Part shown: positions 1 to 8,429 of the stretch, one piece after another | How the letters are laid out: the number at the start of each line of letters is the position of its first letter | Position numbering within the stretch: position 1 is the first letter of the stretch | Virus record (IMG/VR): IMGVR_UViG_3300044627_003678 | DNA length: 20,000 nt | DNA from: an uncultured virus (IMG/VR IMGVR_UViG_3300044627_003678) | Lineage: Duplodnaviria; Heunggongvirae; Uroviricota; Caudoviricetes | Reading direction: 5' to 3' (one strand) | Notes under the pieces: generated by a model | Told to the model about the DNA's origin: nothing | The model's database searches: none | Seen by the model: the letters and a program-made list of their open reading frames with translations, nothing else | Position numbers and translations under genes: made by a program

Positions 1-562
1 ACAAATGGTACTAGATGCATTTGGTAGTTTGTTTGGAAATAAAGAAGGATATTTGTTAACCATTAAAGCAGATCAAATAAATACAACTAGAGTATATAAC
101 AATTATCTAGATAAAAATATTTTAGGTGTTCCAGATAAATATTACAACAATGTGTCTGTGATTACAGATGTTTTAAATGACGAAGAGCTTGTAAGCCTGT
201 ATCAGTCTCATGATGTTTTAGTATATCCAAGCTATGGAGAAGGATTTGGATTTATTCCACTTCAAGCACTAGCAACTGGCATGCCAACAATTTGTACAAG
301 CGGCTGGGCACATTATGAAAAATATTTAGGTCCATTAAAATTAAAATCAGAACTAATAGATTCACCTTGGCCATTCCCACACGAAGGAAAAGTTTTTGAA
401 CCAAACTATCAACATCTACTTGAACTTATGAGAGATGTTTCAATAAACTTTAATGCATATTCAGGATATTATTTCTCTCAGTCAACTAAAATACATAAAG
501 ATTATAATTGGGAGCAGTTGACTAAGAATTCATTTGATAAAATTTTAAAAAAACTTAATTAA
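1..562 (+). CDS. GT-B fold (GT4-like) glycosyltransferase, C-terminal part, probably truncated by the window edge
   Basis: Contains the motif LYQSHDVLVYPSYGEGFGFIPLQALATGMPTI and ends in YNWEQLT, both typical of the Glycos_transf_1 nucleotide-sugar-binding domain. The frame is open upstream of the ATG at 5. Confidence 0.85.
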   Translation, partial: QMVLDAFGSLFGNKEGYLLTIKADQINTTRVYNNYLDKNILGVPDKYYNNVSVITDVLNDEELVSLYQSHDVLVYPSYGEGFGFIPLQALATGMPTICTSGWAHYEKYLGPLKLKSELIDSPWPFPHEGKVFEPNYQHLLELMRDVSINFNAYSGYYFSQSTKIHKDYNWEQLTKNSFDKILKKLN

Positions 563-566
563 AACC

Positions 567-595
567 TAGACCAATAAAATAAAGTTTGGTACACT
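567..595 (+). promoter_or_regulatory. sigma70/sigmaA-type promoter for the RNR gene
   Basis: TAGACC (567-572), a 17 bp spacer, then TACACT (590-595), with an extended -10 TG at 587-588. Confidence 0.6.
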
Positions 596-648
596 TAGAC
601 TTCAATCAAATTTTAAAACTGCGTTGGCGGAGAAAAGGTCGTATATAA

Positions 649-2583
649 ATGTCATTTACAATTGAAAACCCATATGAAAATTTTATTGCATTATCTAGAT
701 ATGCAAAGTGGGTTCCAGAAGAAAACCGCAGAGAAAATTGGCAAGAAACTGTAGATAGATATTTTTCTTTTATGCTAGATCATTTATTTAAAGAATACTC
801 ATACGAACCTTCAGCAAAATTAATATCAGAATTAAAACAAGCAGTTTTAGACAGAAACGTTATGCCATCAATGAGAGCAGTAATGACTTCTGGCCCAGCA
901 TTAGAAAGAGATCATGTTGCTGGATACAATTGTTCATTTGTTCCAGTTGATTCACCACGTTCATTTGATGAAACAATGTATATCCTTATGTGTGGCACTG
1001 GCGTAGGGTTTTCTGTTGAGTATAAGTATATTAATAAACTTCCTGCTGTCCCAGAATCTTTAGAAAAATCAACTACAGTAATTACAGTAGAAGATTCAAA
1101 ACAAGGTTGGGCAAAAGCATATCGTGAACTATTAGCATTGCTTTGGTCTGGACAGATTCCAGCAGTTGATGTAACTAAACTTAGACCCGCAGGCGCAAGA
1201 CTTAAAACTATGGGCGGAAGATCTTCTGGACCACAACCATTAGTAAATCTTTTTGATTTTACAATTAAAATATTTAAAAATGCAGTTGGAAGAAATTTAA
1301 AGCCAATTGAATGTCACGACCTTATGTGTAAAATTGGAGAAGTTGTTGTAGTTGGTGGCGTTCGTAGATCTGCAATGATATCTCTTTCTAATATTAATGA
1401 TATTGAAATGGCAGCAGCTAAGTCAGGTAATTGGTGGGAGAACAATCCACAAAGAGCATTGTCAAATAACTCAGTTGCTTATTCTAGAAAACCAGAAATG
1501 GCACAATTTATAGCAGAATGGAAAAATCTTTATGACTCAAAATCTGGAGAACGTGGAATTTATAATGTTGCCGCTGCACAAGCACAGGCAGCTAGATATG
1601 GAAGGCGGGATCCTGAAATACACTATGGGACAAACCCTTGCTCAGAAATTATTTTGCGTCCTTATCAGTTTTGTAACCTTTCAGAAGTCGTATTACGTGA
1701 AAAGGATACAGTTGATGATGTTAAGAATAAAGTAAGACTTGCCACTATTTTAGGAACGTGGCAATCTACATTAACAGACTTTAAATATTTGCGTAAAATT
1801 TGGAAAGATAATACAGAAGAAGAAAGACTGCTTGGCGTATCTTTAACAGGACAATTTGGACATAAATTCTTTTCTGGACAAGAAGGTTTAGACAAACTAG
1901 AGCAAACTCTTGTATCTCTTCGTGAATCAGCAAGAAAGGTAAATGCTGAAGAGGCTAAAAAAATTGGAATTCAAGAGTCAGCAGCAATTACTTGCGTTAA
2001 GCCGTCAGGTACAGTCTCGCAGCTAGTCGGAGTTTCTTCTGGAATGCATCCGTGGCACTCTAAATATTATATTAGAACAGTTCGTGGATCAAAGACAGAC
2101 CCAATCTCTGTTTTCTTAAAAGAAGTGGGCATACCAGTCGAAGATGATGTCATGAAACCAACAGAAACATATGTATTTTCTTTTCCAATAAAATCTCCAG
2201 ACGATGCAATTGTTAGAAATGATTTAACCGCTATAGATCATTTAAACACATGGCTTGTTTATCAAAGAGCATGGTGTGAGCATAAGCCTTCAATTACTGT
2301 GTCAGTAAAAGAAGACGAATGGATGGAAGTTGGCGCCTGGGTATACAAAAACTTTGATGAAGTTTCTGGAATCTCATTCTTGCCTTCTTCTGATCATTCA
2401 TACAAGCAAGCACCATATCAGGAAATAACAAAAAAAGAATACGAAGACTTGTTGTCTAAGATGCCAAAGTCTATTCGTTGGGAAGATTTATCTTTTTATG
2501 AAACAGAAGATGGAACTTCTACAAACGCCACACTTGCATGTACGTCTGACGGAAATTGTGAACTTGTAGATATCTCTGCATAG
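649..2583 (+). CDS. nrdJ: Class II adenosylcobalamin-dependent ribonucleotide reductase (RTPR-like)
   Basis: Has YNCSF, the catalytic TNPCSEI, FCNLSEV, TCVKPSGTVSQL, WCEHKPS and a C-terminal redox pair CTSDGNC. No class I YY radical-transfer dyad near the C-terminus and no adjacent nrdB. Confidence 0.92.
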   Translation: MSFTIENPYENFIALSRYAKWVPEENRRENWQETVDRYFSFMLDHLFKEYSYEPSAKLISELKQAVLDRNVMPSMRAVMTSGPALERDHVAGYNCSFVPVDSPRSFDETMYILMCGTGVGFSVEYKYINKLPAVPESLEKSTTVITVEDSKQGWAKAYRELLALLWSGQIPAVDVTKLRPAGARLKTMGGRSSGPQPLVNLFDFTIKIFKNAVGRNLKPIECHDLMCKIGEVVVVGGVRRSAMISLSNINDIEMAAAKSGNWWENNPQRALSNNSVAYSRKPEMAQFIAEWKNLYDSKSGERGIYNVAAAQAQAARYGRRDPEIHYGTNPCSEIILRPYQFCNLSEVVLREKDTVDDVKNKVRLATILGTWQSTLTDFKYLRKIWKDNTEEERLLGVSLTGQFGHKFFSGQEGLDKLEQTLVSLRESARKVNAEEAKKIGIQESAAITCVKPSGTVSQLVGVSSGMHPWHSKYYIRTVRGSKTDPISVFLKEVGIPVEDDVMKPTETYVFSFPIKSPDDAIVRNDLTAIDHLNTWLVYQRAWCEHKPSITVSVKEDEWMEVGAWVYKNFDEVSGISFLPSSDHSYKQAPYQEITKKEYEDLLSKMPKSIRWEDLSFYETEDGTSTNATLACTSDGNCELVDISA

Positions 2584-2652
2584 TGGTATTATATTAGTAT
2601 TGGGTAACCCCCAAAATTCCTGGGCACAAGGCTCAGAAATAGGAGGATCTTA

Positions 2653-2880
2653 ATGAAAAAAGATCTAAATAACGATGGAGTAATAACAATGACAGAACAA
2701 ATCCTAGCAGCGGTTGGAACGTATGCTCGTGCATTCCTTTCAGCAGCAATAGCTTTGTATATGACTGGTAATACAAATCCAAAGGACCTTTTGATGGGTG
2801 GAATTGCAGCAGTAGCCCCAGTAATTTTAAAGGCTCTTTCACCAAGCAATCAAGAGTTTGGTTTCAAGTCAGCTAAGTAA
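2653..2880 (+). CDS. Small two-TM membrane protein, holin-like
   Basis: Strong RBS AGGAGG. Two hydrophobic segments (ILAAVGTYARAFLSAAIALYM and LLMGGIAAVAPVILKAL) and a short charged tail ending FGFKSAK. Confidence 0.6.
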   Translation: MKKDLNNDGVITMTEQILAAVGTYARAFLSAAIALYMTGNTNPKDLLMGGIAAVAPVILKALSPSNQEFGFKSAK

Positions 2881-2898
2881 TTTAGTAAACTGAATTAA

Positions 2899-2934
2899 GA
2901 AAGCTCCTGTGCTAAAATAAGCATAGGAGTTTTC
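2899..2934 (+). terminator. Stem-loop, probable intrinsic terminator
   Basis: GAAAGCTCCTGTGCT-AAAATA-AGCATAGGAGTTTTC forms a 15-bp stem with two G.U pairs, followed by CTATTTT. Confidence 0.6.
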
Positions 2935-2955
2935 CTATTTTAGGAGATTTTGAAA

Positions 2956-3306
2956 ATGGCAGTACAAAAGAATTTTGAAGTAGATCAAAATGCTACATTC
3001 ACCTTTGAGGTTCAATACACCTTAGAAGATGAAGTCACACCAATAAGTTTAGTAAATGCAACTGCAAAGATGCAAGTACGTGATACTAAAGGTGGATCCA
3101 AACTAGCATTTACACTAACATCACCCTCTGGTGGTATAACAATTAATGGCGCAACTGGAACACTAACCGTTAAAATGACACCTACCCAGACAAATAAACT
3201 CTTTTATCCAAAATCTTCTTATGACATTATGGTTGTCGATTCTAACGGGAATAAAATAAAACTCCTTGAAGGGTTTTTAACTCTCAGTAGATCGGTAACT
3301 ATATAA
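2956..3306 (+). CDS. Phage virion structural protein (beta-rich, baseplate or adaptor-like)
   Basis: RBS AGGAG at 2942-2946 favours the ATG at 2956 over the TTG at 2950. The pattern VDQNATF...AKMQVR...YDIMV...LLEG resembles small phage structural proteins. First gene of the structural block. Confidence 0.6.
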   Translation: MAVQKNFEVDQNATFTFEVQYTLEDEVTPISLVNATAKMQVRDTKGGSKLAFTLTSPSGGITINGATGTLTVKMTPTQTNKLFYPKSSYDIMVVDSNGNKIKLLEGFLTLSRSVTI

Positions 3307-3761
3307 TGTCAGCAGAAAAAGTAATAGTAACAGAAGTAAAAAATAAAGTAATTATAAAATCACCAGGACCACAAGGCCCTGCTGGAAAAACTATATTAAA
3401 TGGAAACTCTGCCCCATCAAACAATCTTGGGGTCACAGGAGATTTTTATGTTAATAATACTACACATCAATTCTATGGACCAAAACTTACAGACACATCT
3501 TGGACTGACGCAAACATAATTCAATTGGCTGCAGAAGGTGCAGATTTTGCATTTTCTCAATCATGGGAAATAGCTCAAGTGACTGGACCGTTACTTGGAA
3601 TATATTCAGTATCGATAACACATAATTTAGGATTTTTTCCAAACGTAACAACAAAAGATAGTTCAGGTGAAACAGTTGAAACTGGACTAGAATATGTTAA
3701 TACAAACACAATTAAACTGACAATGGCTCAACCATTTTCAGGGACAGCGTACCTGTCATAA
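3306..3761 (+). CDS. Virion or tail-associated protein
   Basis: Overlaps the upstream stop (TAATG). Has a short collagen-like GPQGPAG, GDFYVN, and a C-terminal THNLG domain also found in the next gene. Confidence 0.65.
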   Translation: MSAEKVIVTEVKNKVIIKSPGPQGPAGKTILNGNSAPSNNLGVTGDFYVNNTTHQFYGPKLTDTSWTDANIIQLAAEGADFAFSQSWEIAQVTGPLLGIYSVSITHNLGFFPNVTTKDSSGETVETGLEYVNTNTIKLTMAQPFSGTAYLS

Positions 3762-3773
3762 AGGAGAAGTAAA

Positions 3774-5351
3774 ATGGCAAGAAAATTTTTAGTTAGCTTA
3801 GACCTTAACAAAAATGAATTACAAAATGCTCGAATTCAAAACCTCAGCTCTGCGCCTTCAAGCCCAGTAGACGGTCAAATATATTTTAATACAGTAGATA
3901 AAATTGTATACTTTTATGACGGAACAAACTGGATCTCTACATCTGGCTCACTAGAAGTAATTCAAGATGCTATTGGAGCATACGTTTCTGGTGGCACTGG
4001 CTTAACAGCAACATATAGTGACTCAACAGGCACTACAACAATTGATTTAGACAACACAGCGGTAACAGCTGGATCATACGGATCTGCAACAGCAATTCCT
4101 ACATTTACAGTAGATGCACAAGGTCGTTTGACTGCAGCAGGAACAGTAGACGTAGCTACAGAGCTAGATATTACTGGCGATACTGGCACAACTTCAATCT
4201 CTTTGCTTACAGAAGGTTTAACTGTAGCTGGAGGAGAAGGTATTAATGTTGATGTAACAGAAAACACAATTACAATATCCTCAGAAGATGCTTCTACAAC
4301 CAACAAGGGTGCCGCATCATTTAATACAGATGACTTTAATGTAACAGCAGGACACGCAGAACTAAAAGATACAGTTGTTAAAGCAATTACAACTGATTCT
4401 GGAGCACTTACCCCATCAGCACATGGAATATCAATTCTTGGTGGAGAAGGCGTTGATGTAACACATACAGGAACATCAATTACTGTATCAGCAGAAGATG
4501 CAACCTCATCAAACAAAGGTGTTGCCAGCTTTGATTCAACAGATTTTACAGTAACATCTGGAGCAGTAACATTAAACGCTGAGCGTGTACAAGATATTGT
4601 ATCCTCACAAATTGTTGCAGGCGAAGGCATTGATGTAACATACGATGACAACGCAGGAACTCTAACAGTAGATGCAGAAATTGCAACAACTACAAATCGT
4701 GGTGTTGCTTCCTTTGCTACAGCAGACTTTACTGTAACAGATGGCGCAGTAAGTATCAAAAATGTTGATCTTGCAACACAGACAACTGGTAACTATATTG
4801 CAACAATTGCTGGAACAGCTAATGAAATTGAAGTTTCTGGCTCTGGATCTGAAAATTCAGCAGTAACAATTGGACTTCCAGATAGCGTAACAATTACCAA
4901 CGATTTAACAGTTGGTGGAAATTTAACAGTTAATGGAACATTAACTTCTTTAAATACTGAACAAGTAACAATTGAAGATAACGTAGTTGTTTTAAATAGC
5001 AACGTTACAGGCTCTCCATTAGCAAACGCTGGAATTGAAGTAGAGCGTGGAGACTCTACAAATACATCAATTATTTGGAATGAAACAGATGACAAGTGGA
5101 CACTTACAAATAACGGAACCAATTATCATGCTATTACTAGAAAGTATGTAGAAACTCTTTCAACCTCTGCAACATCCTACACAGTAACTCATAATTTAGG
5201 ATCCGCCGATGTGTTAGTTCAAGTTTCAGAAGTAGCGTCTCCATATTCTAAGGTCGAGACAGATGTAGAACTTACATCAGACTCAGCGGTAACAATTAAA
5301 TTTGCAACCGCACCATCATCTGGAGCATATAAAGTAGTAGTTATAGGATAA
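3774..5351 (+). CDS. Tail fibre-like protein with internal repeats
   Basis: RBS AAGGAG. T/S/G/V-rich, with VTAGSYGSATAIPTFTVDAQGRLTAA, three GEG...NKGxASF..DF.V repeats and a C-terminal THNLG domain. Confidence 0.75.
   Translation: MARKFLVSLDLNKNELQNARIQNLSSAPSSPVDGQIYFNTVDKIVYFYDGTNWISTSGSLEVIQDAIGAYVSGGTGLTATYSDSTGTTTIDLDNTAVTAGSYGSATAIPTFTVDAQGRLTAAGTVDVATELDITGDTGTTSISLLTEGLTVAGGEGINVDVTENTITISSEDASTTNKGAASFNTDDFNVTAGHAELKDTVVKAITTDSGALTPSAHGISILGGEGVDVTHTGTSITVSAEDATSSNKGVASFDSTDFTVTSGAVTLNAERVQDIVSSQIVAGEGIDVTYDDNAGTLTVDAEIATTTNRGVASFATADFTVTDGAVSIKNVDLATQTTGNYIATIAGTANEIEVSGSGSENSAVTIGLPDSVTITNDLTVGGNLTVNGTLTSLNTEQVTIEDNVVVLNSNVTGSPLANAGIEVERGDSTNTSIIWNETDDKWTLTNNGTNYHAITRKYVETLSTSATSYTVTHNLGSADVLVQVSEVASPYSKVETDVELTSDSAVTIKFATAPSSGAYKVVVIG
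4230..4752 (+). repeat. Three diverged ~45-aa protein repeats inside the fibre gene (approximate bounds)
   Basis: GGEGINVDV...EDASTTNKGAASFNTDDFNVTAG / GGEGVDVTH...EDATSSNKGVASFDSTDFTVTSG / AGEGIDVTY...EIATTTNRGVASFATADFTVTDG. Confidence 0.8.
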
Positions 5352-5355
5352 CAAA

Positions 5356-5712
5356 TTGAAACTAAAGTCTTTATTAAATTTAGCAACATTAGCATCCGAC
5401 CCTGCGGGGTCGGAAGGCGATGTCTTTTTTAATACAACAGAAAAGGCTTTAAAAATTCACAACGGAGCAATATGGGTAACAATAGCAACTAATACAGACC
5501 CAGCACCATTTTATTTACACACTCATACATACGATGGAGCAATACATACAATTGATATTGAAAACCCTATAACGTTTAGAGACATAAACACAACAGCAAG
5601 CGTTTCAGAAACTCTTCCTAAGATAACAGGGTTTGATGGAGGCCAGCCTTCAGATGTTGTTGAAGATCCTAGCTTCTTAGAACTATCATTGTTAGATGGC
5701 GGAAAAGCTTAA
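5356..5712 (+). CDS. Small virion-associated protein
   Basis: TTG start after AGGA. The N-terminus (LASDPAGSEGDVFFNTTEK..IHNGAIW) resembles the N-terminus of the 3774 protein (LSSAPSSPVDGQIYFNTVDK..YDGTNW). Confidence 0.6.
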   Translation: MKLKSLLNLATLASDPAGSEGDVFFNTTEKALKIHNGAIWVTIATNTDPAPFYLHTHTYDGAIHTIDIENPITFRDINTTASVSETLPKITGFDGGQPSDVVEDPSFLELSLLDGGKA

Positions 5713-5775
5713 TGTTTCAGGCAATTATAAACATCAGATGATATAATTATCTTAAGTCATAATTAAGAGGTAAAC

Positions 5776-6333
5776 ATGGCAACAAACTTTCCAAACTCAT
5801 TAGATACATTGGTAAATCCTAATTCAACGGATCCATTATCTAGTCCGTCGCACTCTGAACAGCATATAAATCTTAATGATGCTGTTGAAGCAATAGAAAC
5901 AAAAATTGGAGCAAATGGCTCTAATGATTCAAATTCTATTCAATACAAGATTGCAGCAATACAAACAACTTTAACTGACATAGAAAACAGCACCTCAGTA
6001 GCAGAACTTTTGTTAGGTCTTGAAGGAAATAATGATTTAACAATAAGTGGAATAGAGAACAAAACAACAGTAGACAGTTTTGCTAAATCTCTATATTCAA
6101 CAGTAAGATATACACTACAAATCAAAAAAGACAACTTGTTTGTTTCTGATCAACTAGATATAGTCAATGATGGAACAGACTTACATATGAATAGATATGA
6201 AATATCATCAAATACAAATAATTCTCTTTATACTGTGCAATTAGAAGAAAATGCAGGTATAATTAGTTTGAAAGTAACACCGACAAGTGGATCTATAACC
6301 GCTAGATATTATAGAACCGCCTTAAAGTTTTAA
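5776..6333 (+). CDS. Virion structural protein
   Basis: RBS AAGAGG. The N-terminal MATNFPNSLD...H..LNDAVEAIETKIG is a pattern seen in phage tail proteins. The C-terminal beta domain resembles that of the next gene. Confidence 0.65.
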   Translation: MATNFPNSLDTLVNPNSTDPLSSPSHSEQHINLNDAVEAIETKIGANGSNDSNSIQYKIAAIQTTLTDIENSTSVAELLLGLEGNNDLTISGIENKTTVDSFAKSLYSTVRYTLQIKKDNLFVSDQLDIVNDGTDLHMNRYEISSNTNNSLYTVQLEENAGIISLKVTPTSGSITARYYRTALKF

Positions 6334-6354
6334 GGCGTAAGGGGAAACAAAAAA

Positions 6355-7962
6355 ATGGCAACAGTAGATAAAAACTTTAGAATTAAGAATGGTTTAGTTG
6401 TTGAGGGATCAACAGCTACAGTAAATGGATCTAATATCCTTACTGAAAACTCACTAGAATTTATTCAAGATACCGTAGCGGCACAACTTGTAGACGGAAC
6501 ACATACAAACATTTCAGTAAGTTATAATGACACTACTGGAACAATTAGTTTAACTGGCGCAGTAACATACACAGACGAGCAAGCACAAGATGCCGTTGGT
6601 AACGCAGTCGGAACTGGACTTTCATACAACGATACAACAGGTGCAATATCTGTTGACACAGCCACAATTCAGGCTCGTGTCGCAGATGTATCTGACACTG
6701 AAATTGGATACCTTAATGGCGTAACATCTTCAATTCAGACACAATTAGACGATAAGTCAACTGCAAGCAAAACCGAAACATTAACAAATAAGACTTTAAC
6801 ATCACCAAACATAAATGAAAACGTAGCCCTTACAGCAACCGCTACAGAACTTAACATTCTTGATGGTGCAACACTTTCTACAACAGAACTTAACTATGTA
6901 GATGGCGTAACCTCTTCAATTCAAACACAATTAAACAATAAATTTGATTCAGCAAATGCTTCAACAACAAATATTTCAGAAGGCACAAACCTCTACTTTA
7001 CAGACGAAAGAGCACAAGATGCTGTAGGAAACTCTGTAGGCAATGGTCTTGATTATGATGATGCAACAGGAGCAATTTCTGTAGACCCTTCAGAGTTTAC
7101 ATTAAACTCTATCGGCGCACCATCTGCAGCAGTAGATTTAAACAGTCAAAAGATTACTGGCCTTGCAACACCAACAGATGCAACAGACGCATCAACTAAA
7201 GGCTATGTTGACGGAGTAATTACAACAGAGGTATCAAATCGTAATGCTGCAATTTCAACAGCAGTTAGCAATTTAGTAGACGGCGCACCAGACCTTCTTA
7301 ATACTCTTAATGAATTAGCAGCAGCAATTAATGATGATGCTAACTACACAACAACTATTACAACAGCTCTAGGAACAAAAGCTCCTTTAGCATCACCAGC
7401 ATTAACTGGAGTACCTACTGCTCCAACAGCAGCAGCAGACACAAATACTACTCAAATAGCTACAACAGCTTTTGCTAAAGCAGAAGCAGACGCAGCACAG
7501 TCAGCAGCAGAAGCCACAGCATCAGCAGATGCAACATCAAAGGCTAACGCCGCTCAAGCAGCAGCAGAAGCCACAGCATCATCTGCTCTTTCTGGAGTAA
7601 CTGCAGGAACCACAGCGTTTACAGCAGTAAATGTTAACTCAGTAGCTAAGCAAATTGCTGCAACCACAGGTAATATTGCTACCGCAGCCGCAACCACAGC
7701 TTATGCATGGGCAAAGGCTTCATACCGAAGCGGAGAATTCCTTGTTAAGTCAAAAAGTGGAAATCACACAGAAGTTGCAAAAATTATGGTAACTCTAGAC
7801 TCTTCAGATAACGTCTATATCACAGAATATGGAATGTCATCAACAAGTGGAGTTGCACTTCAAACAGTTTCAGCAGATGTAAGCGGAACAGATGTAAGAA
7901 TTCGTGTAACACCTGCAAATAACAATACCGAAGTATTAATCACTGGTACACTTTTAGTATAA
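6355..7962 (+). CDS. Tail fibre-like protein
   Basis: RBS AAGGGG. Repeated TDExAQDAVG and GVTSSIQTQL motifs, the fibre motifs APDLLNTLNELAAAINDD and SPALTGVPTAPTAAADTNTTQIATTAF, and an Ala-rich coiled segment. Confidence 0.8.
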   Translation: MATVDKNFRIKNGLVVEGSTATVNGSNILTENSLEFIQDTVAAQLVDGTHTNISVSYNDTTGTISLTGAVTYTDEQAQDAVGNAVGTGLSYNDTTGAISVDTATIQARVADVSDTEIGYLNGVTSSIQTQLDDKSTASKTETLTNKTLTSPNINENVALTATATELNILDGATLSTTELNYVDGVTSSIQTQLNNKFDSANASTTNISEGTNLYFTDERAQDAVGNSVGNGLDYDDATGAISVDPSEFTLNSIGAPSAAVDLNSQKITGLATPTDATDASTKGYVDGVITTEVSNRNAAISTAVSNLVDGAPDLLNTLNELAAAINDDANYTTTITTALGTKAPLASPALTGVPTAPTAAADTNTTQIATTAFAKAEADAAQSAAEATASADATSKANAAQAAAEATASSALSGVTAGTTAFTAVNVNSVAKQIAATTGNIATAAATTAYAWAKASYRSGEFLVKSKSGNHTEVAKIMVTLDSSDNVYITEYGMSSTSGVALQTVSADVSGTDVRIRVTPANNNTEVLITGTLLV

Positions 7963-7977
7963 TTAAATAAAAGGCCA

Positions 7978-7998
7978 GGGGAGAGCCTGAATCTCCCC
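7978..7998. other. GC-rich intergenic hairpin
   Basis: GGGGAGA-GCCTGAA-TCTCCCC forms a perfect 7-bp stem flanked by A-rich sequence. There is no + strand U-tract. Confidence 0.45.
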
Positions 7999-8030
7999 AC
8001 AAAAAACAATTAGGGGATATGTGAACTTAA

Positions 8031-8387
8031 ATGGCAACAACAGATAAAAACTTTAAAGTTAAGAATGGAATAAATGTCGCAGGAGATGCCACATTTGATT
8101 CTAACGTCGTACTAGGTTCAACCCCCCTTAGATTTGACACAACAACAAACAAACTACAGATCCAATTAAATGGAACCTGGAGTCCAATTGCATTTGTGGC
8201 AGATATTCCAGATATGGCAACAGAAATAGGCTTTATGGATGTTGGTCTGGCTATTGATTACAATGGTCTTCCAATCTATACAGTTCAGGCAAACGGAGTA
8301 AATACAACAGCAACTAAATTCGCAGACGGTGGAGACCCATCAACTTCAACATATGGGTTAACATTTGATTCTGGAGTTATAGTCTAA
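8031..8387 (+). CDS. Small virion-associated protein
   Basis: The N-terminus MATTDKNFKVKNGI is nearly the same as MATVDKNFRIKNGL in the 6355 gene. Confidence 0.65.
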   Translation: MATTDKNFKVKNGINVAGDATFDSNVVLGSTPLRFDTTTNKLQIQLNGTWSPIAFVADIPDMATEIGFMDVGLAIDYNGLPIYTVQANGVNTTATKFADGGDPSTSTYGLTFDSGVIV

Positions 8388-8398
8388 TAAAAAATAAA

Positions 8399-8407
8399 TG
8401 CTATAAT
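8399..8407 (+). promoter_or_regulatory. Extended -10 promoter element
   Basis: Intergenic TGCTATAAT upstream of RBS AAGGGG and the ATG at 8430. A similar TGATATAAT lies at 5739-5747. Confidence 0.55.
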
Positions 8408-8429
8408 TAGCAAATAAGGGGTAATAAAT

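Noticed and set aside
1532..2849. Short overlapping ORFs within nrdJ and antisense to the holin-like gene
   Set aside because: They overlap better-supported genes that have an RBS or catalytic motifs. The same applies to the other short nested ORFs in the track.
3366..3386. Collagen-like GPQGPAG as the main oxygenase substrate
   Set aside because: Only about two triplets, too short to explain six enzymes, though incidental modification is possible.
3962..5122. Long antisense ORFs (265 aa and 109 aa)
   Set aside because: They are codon-register shadows of the T/A/V-rich fibre gene, with no independent motifs.
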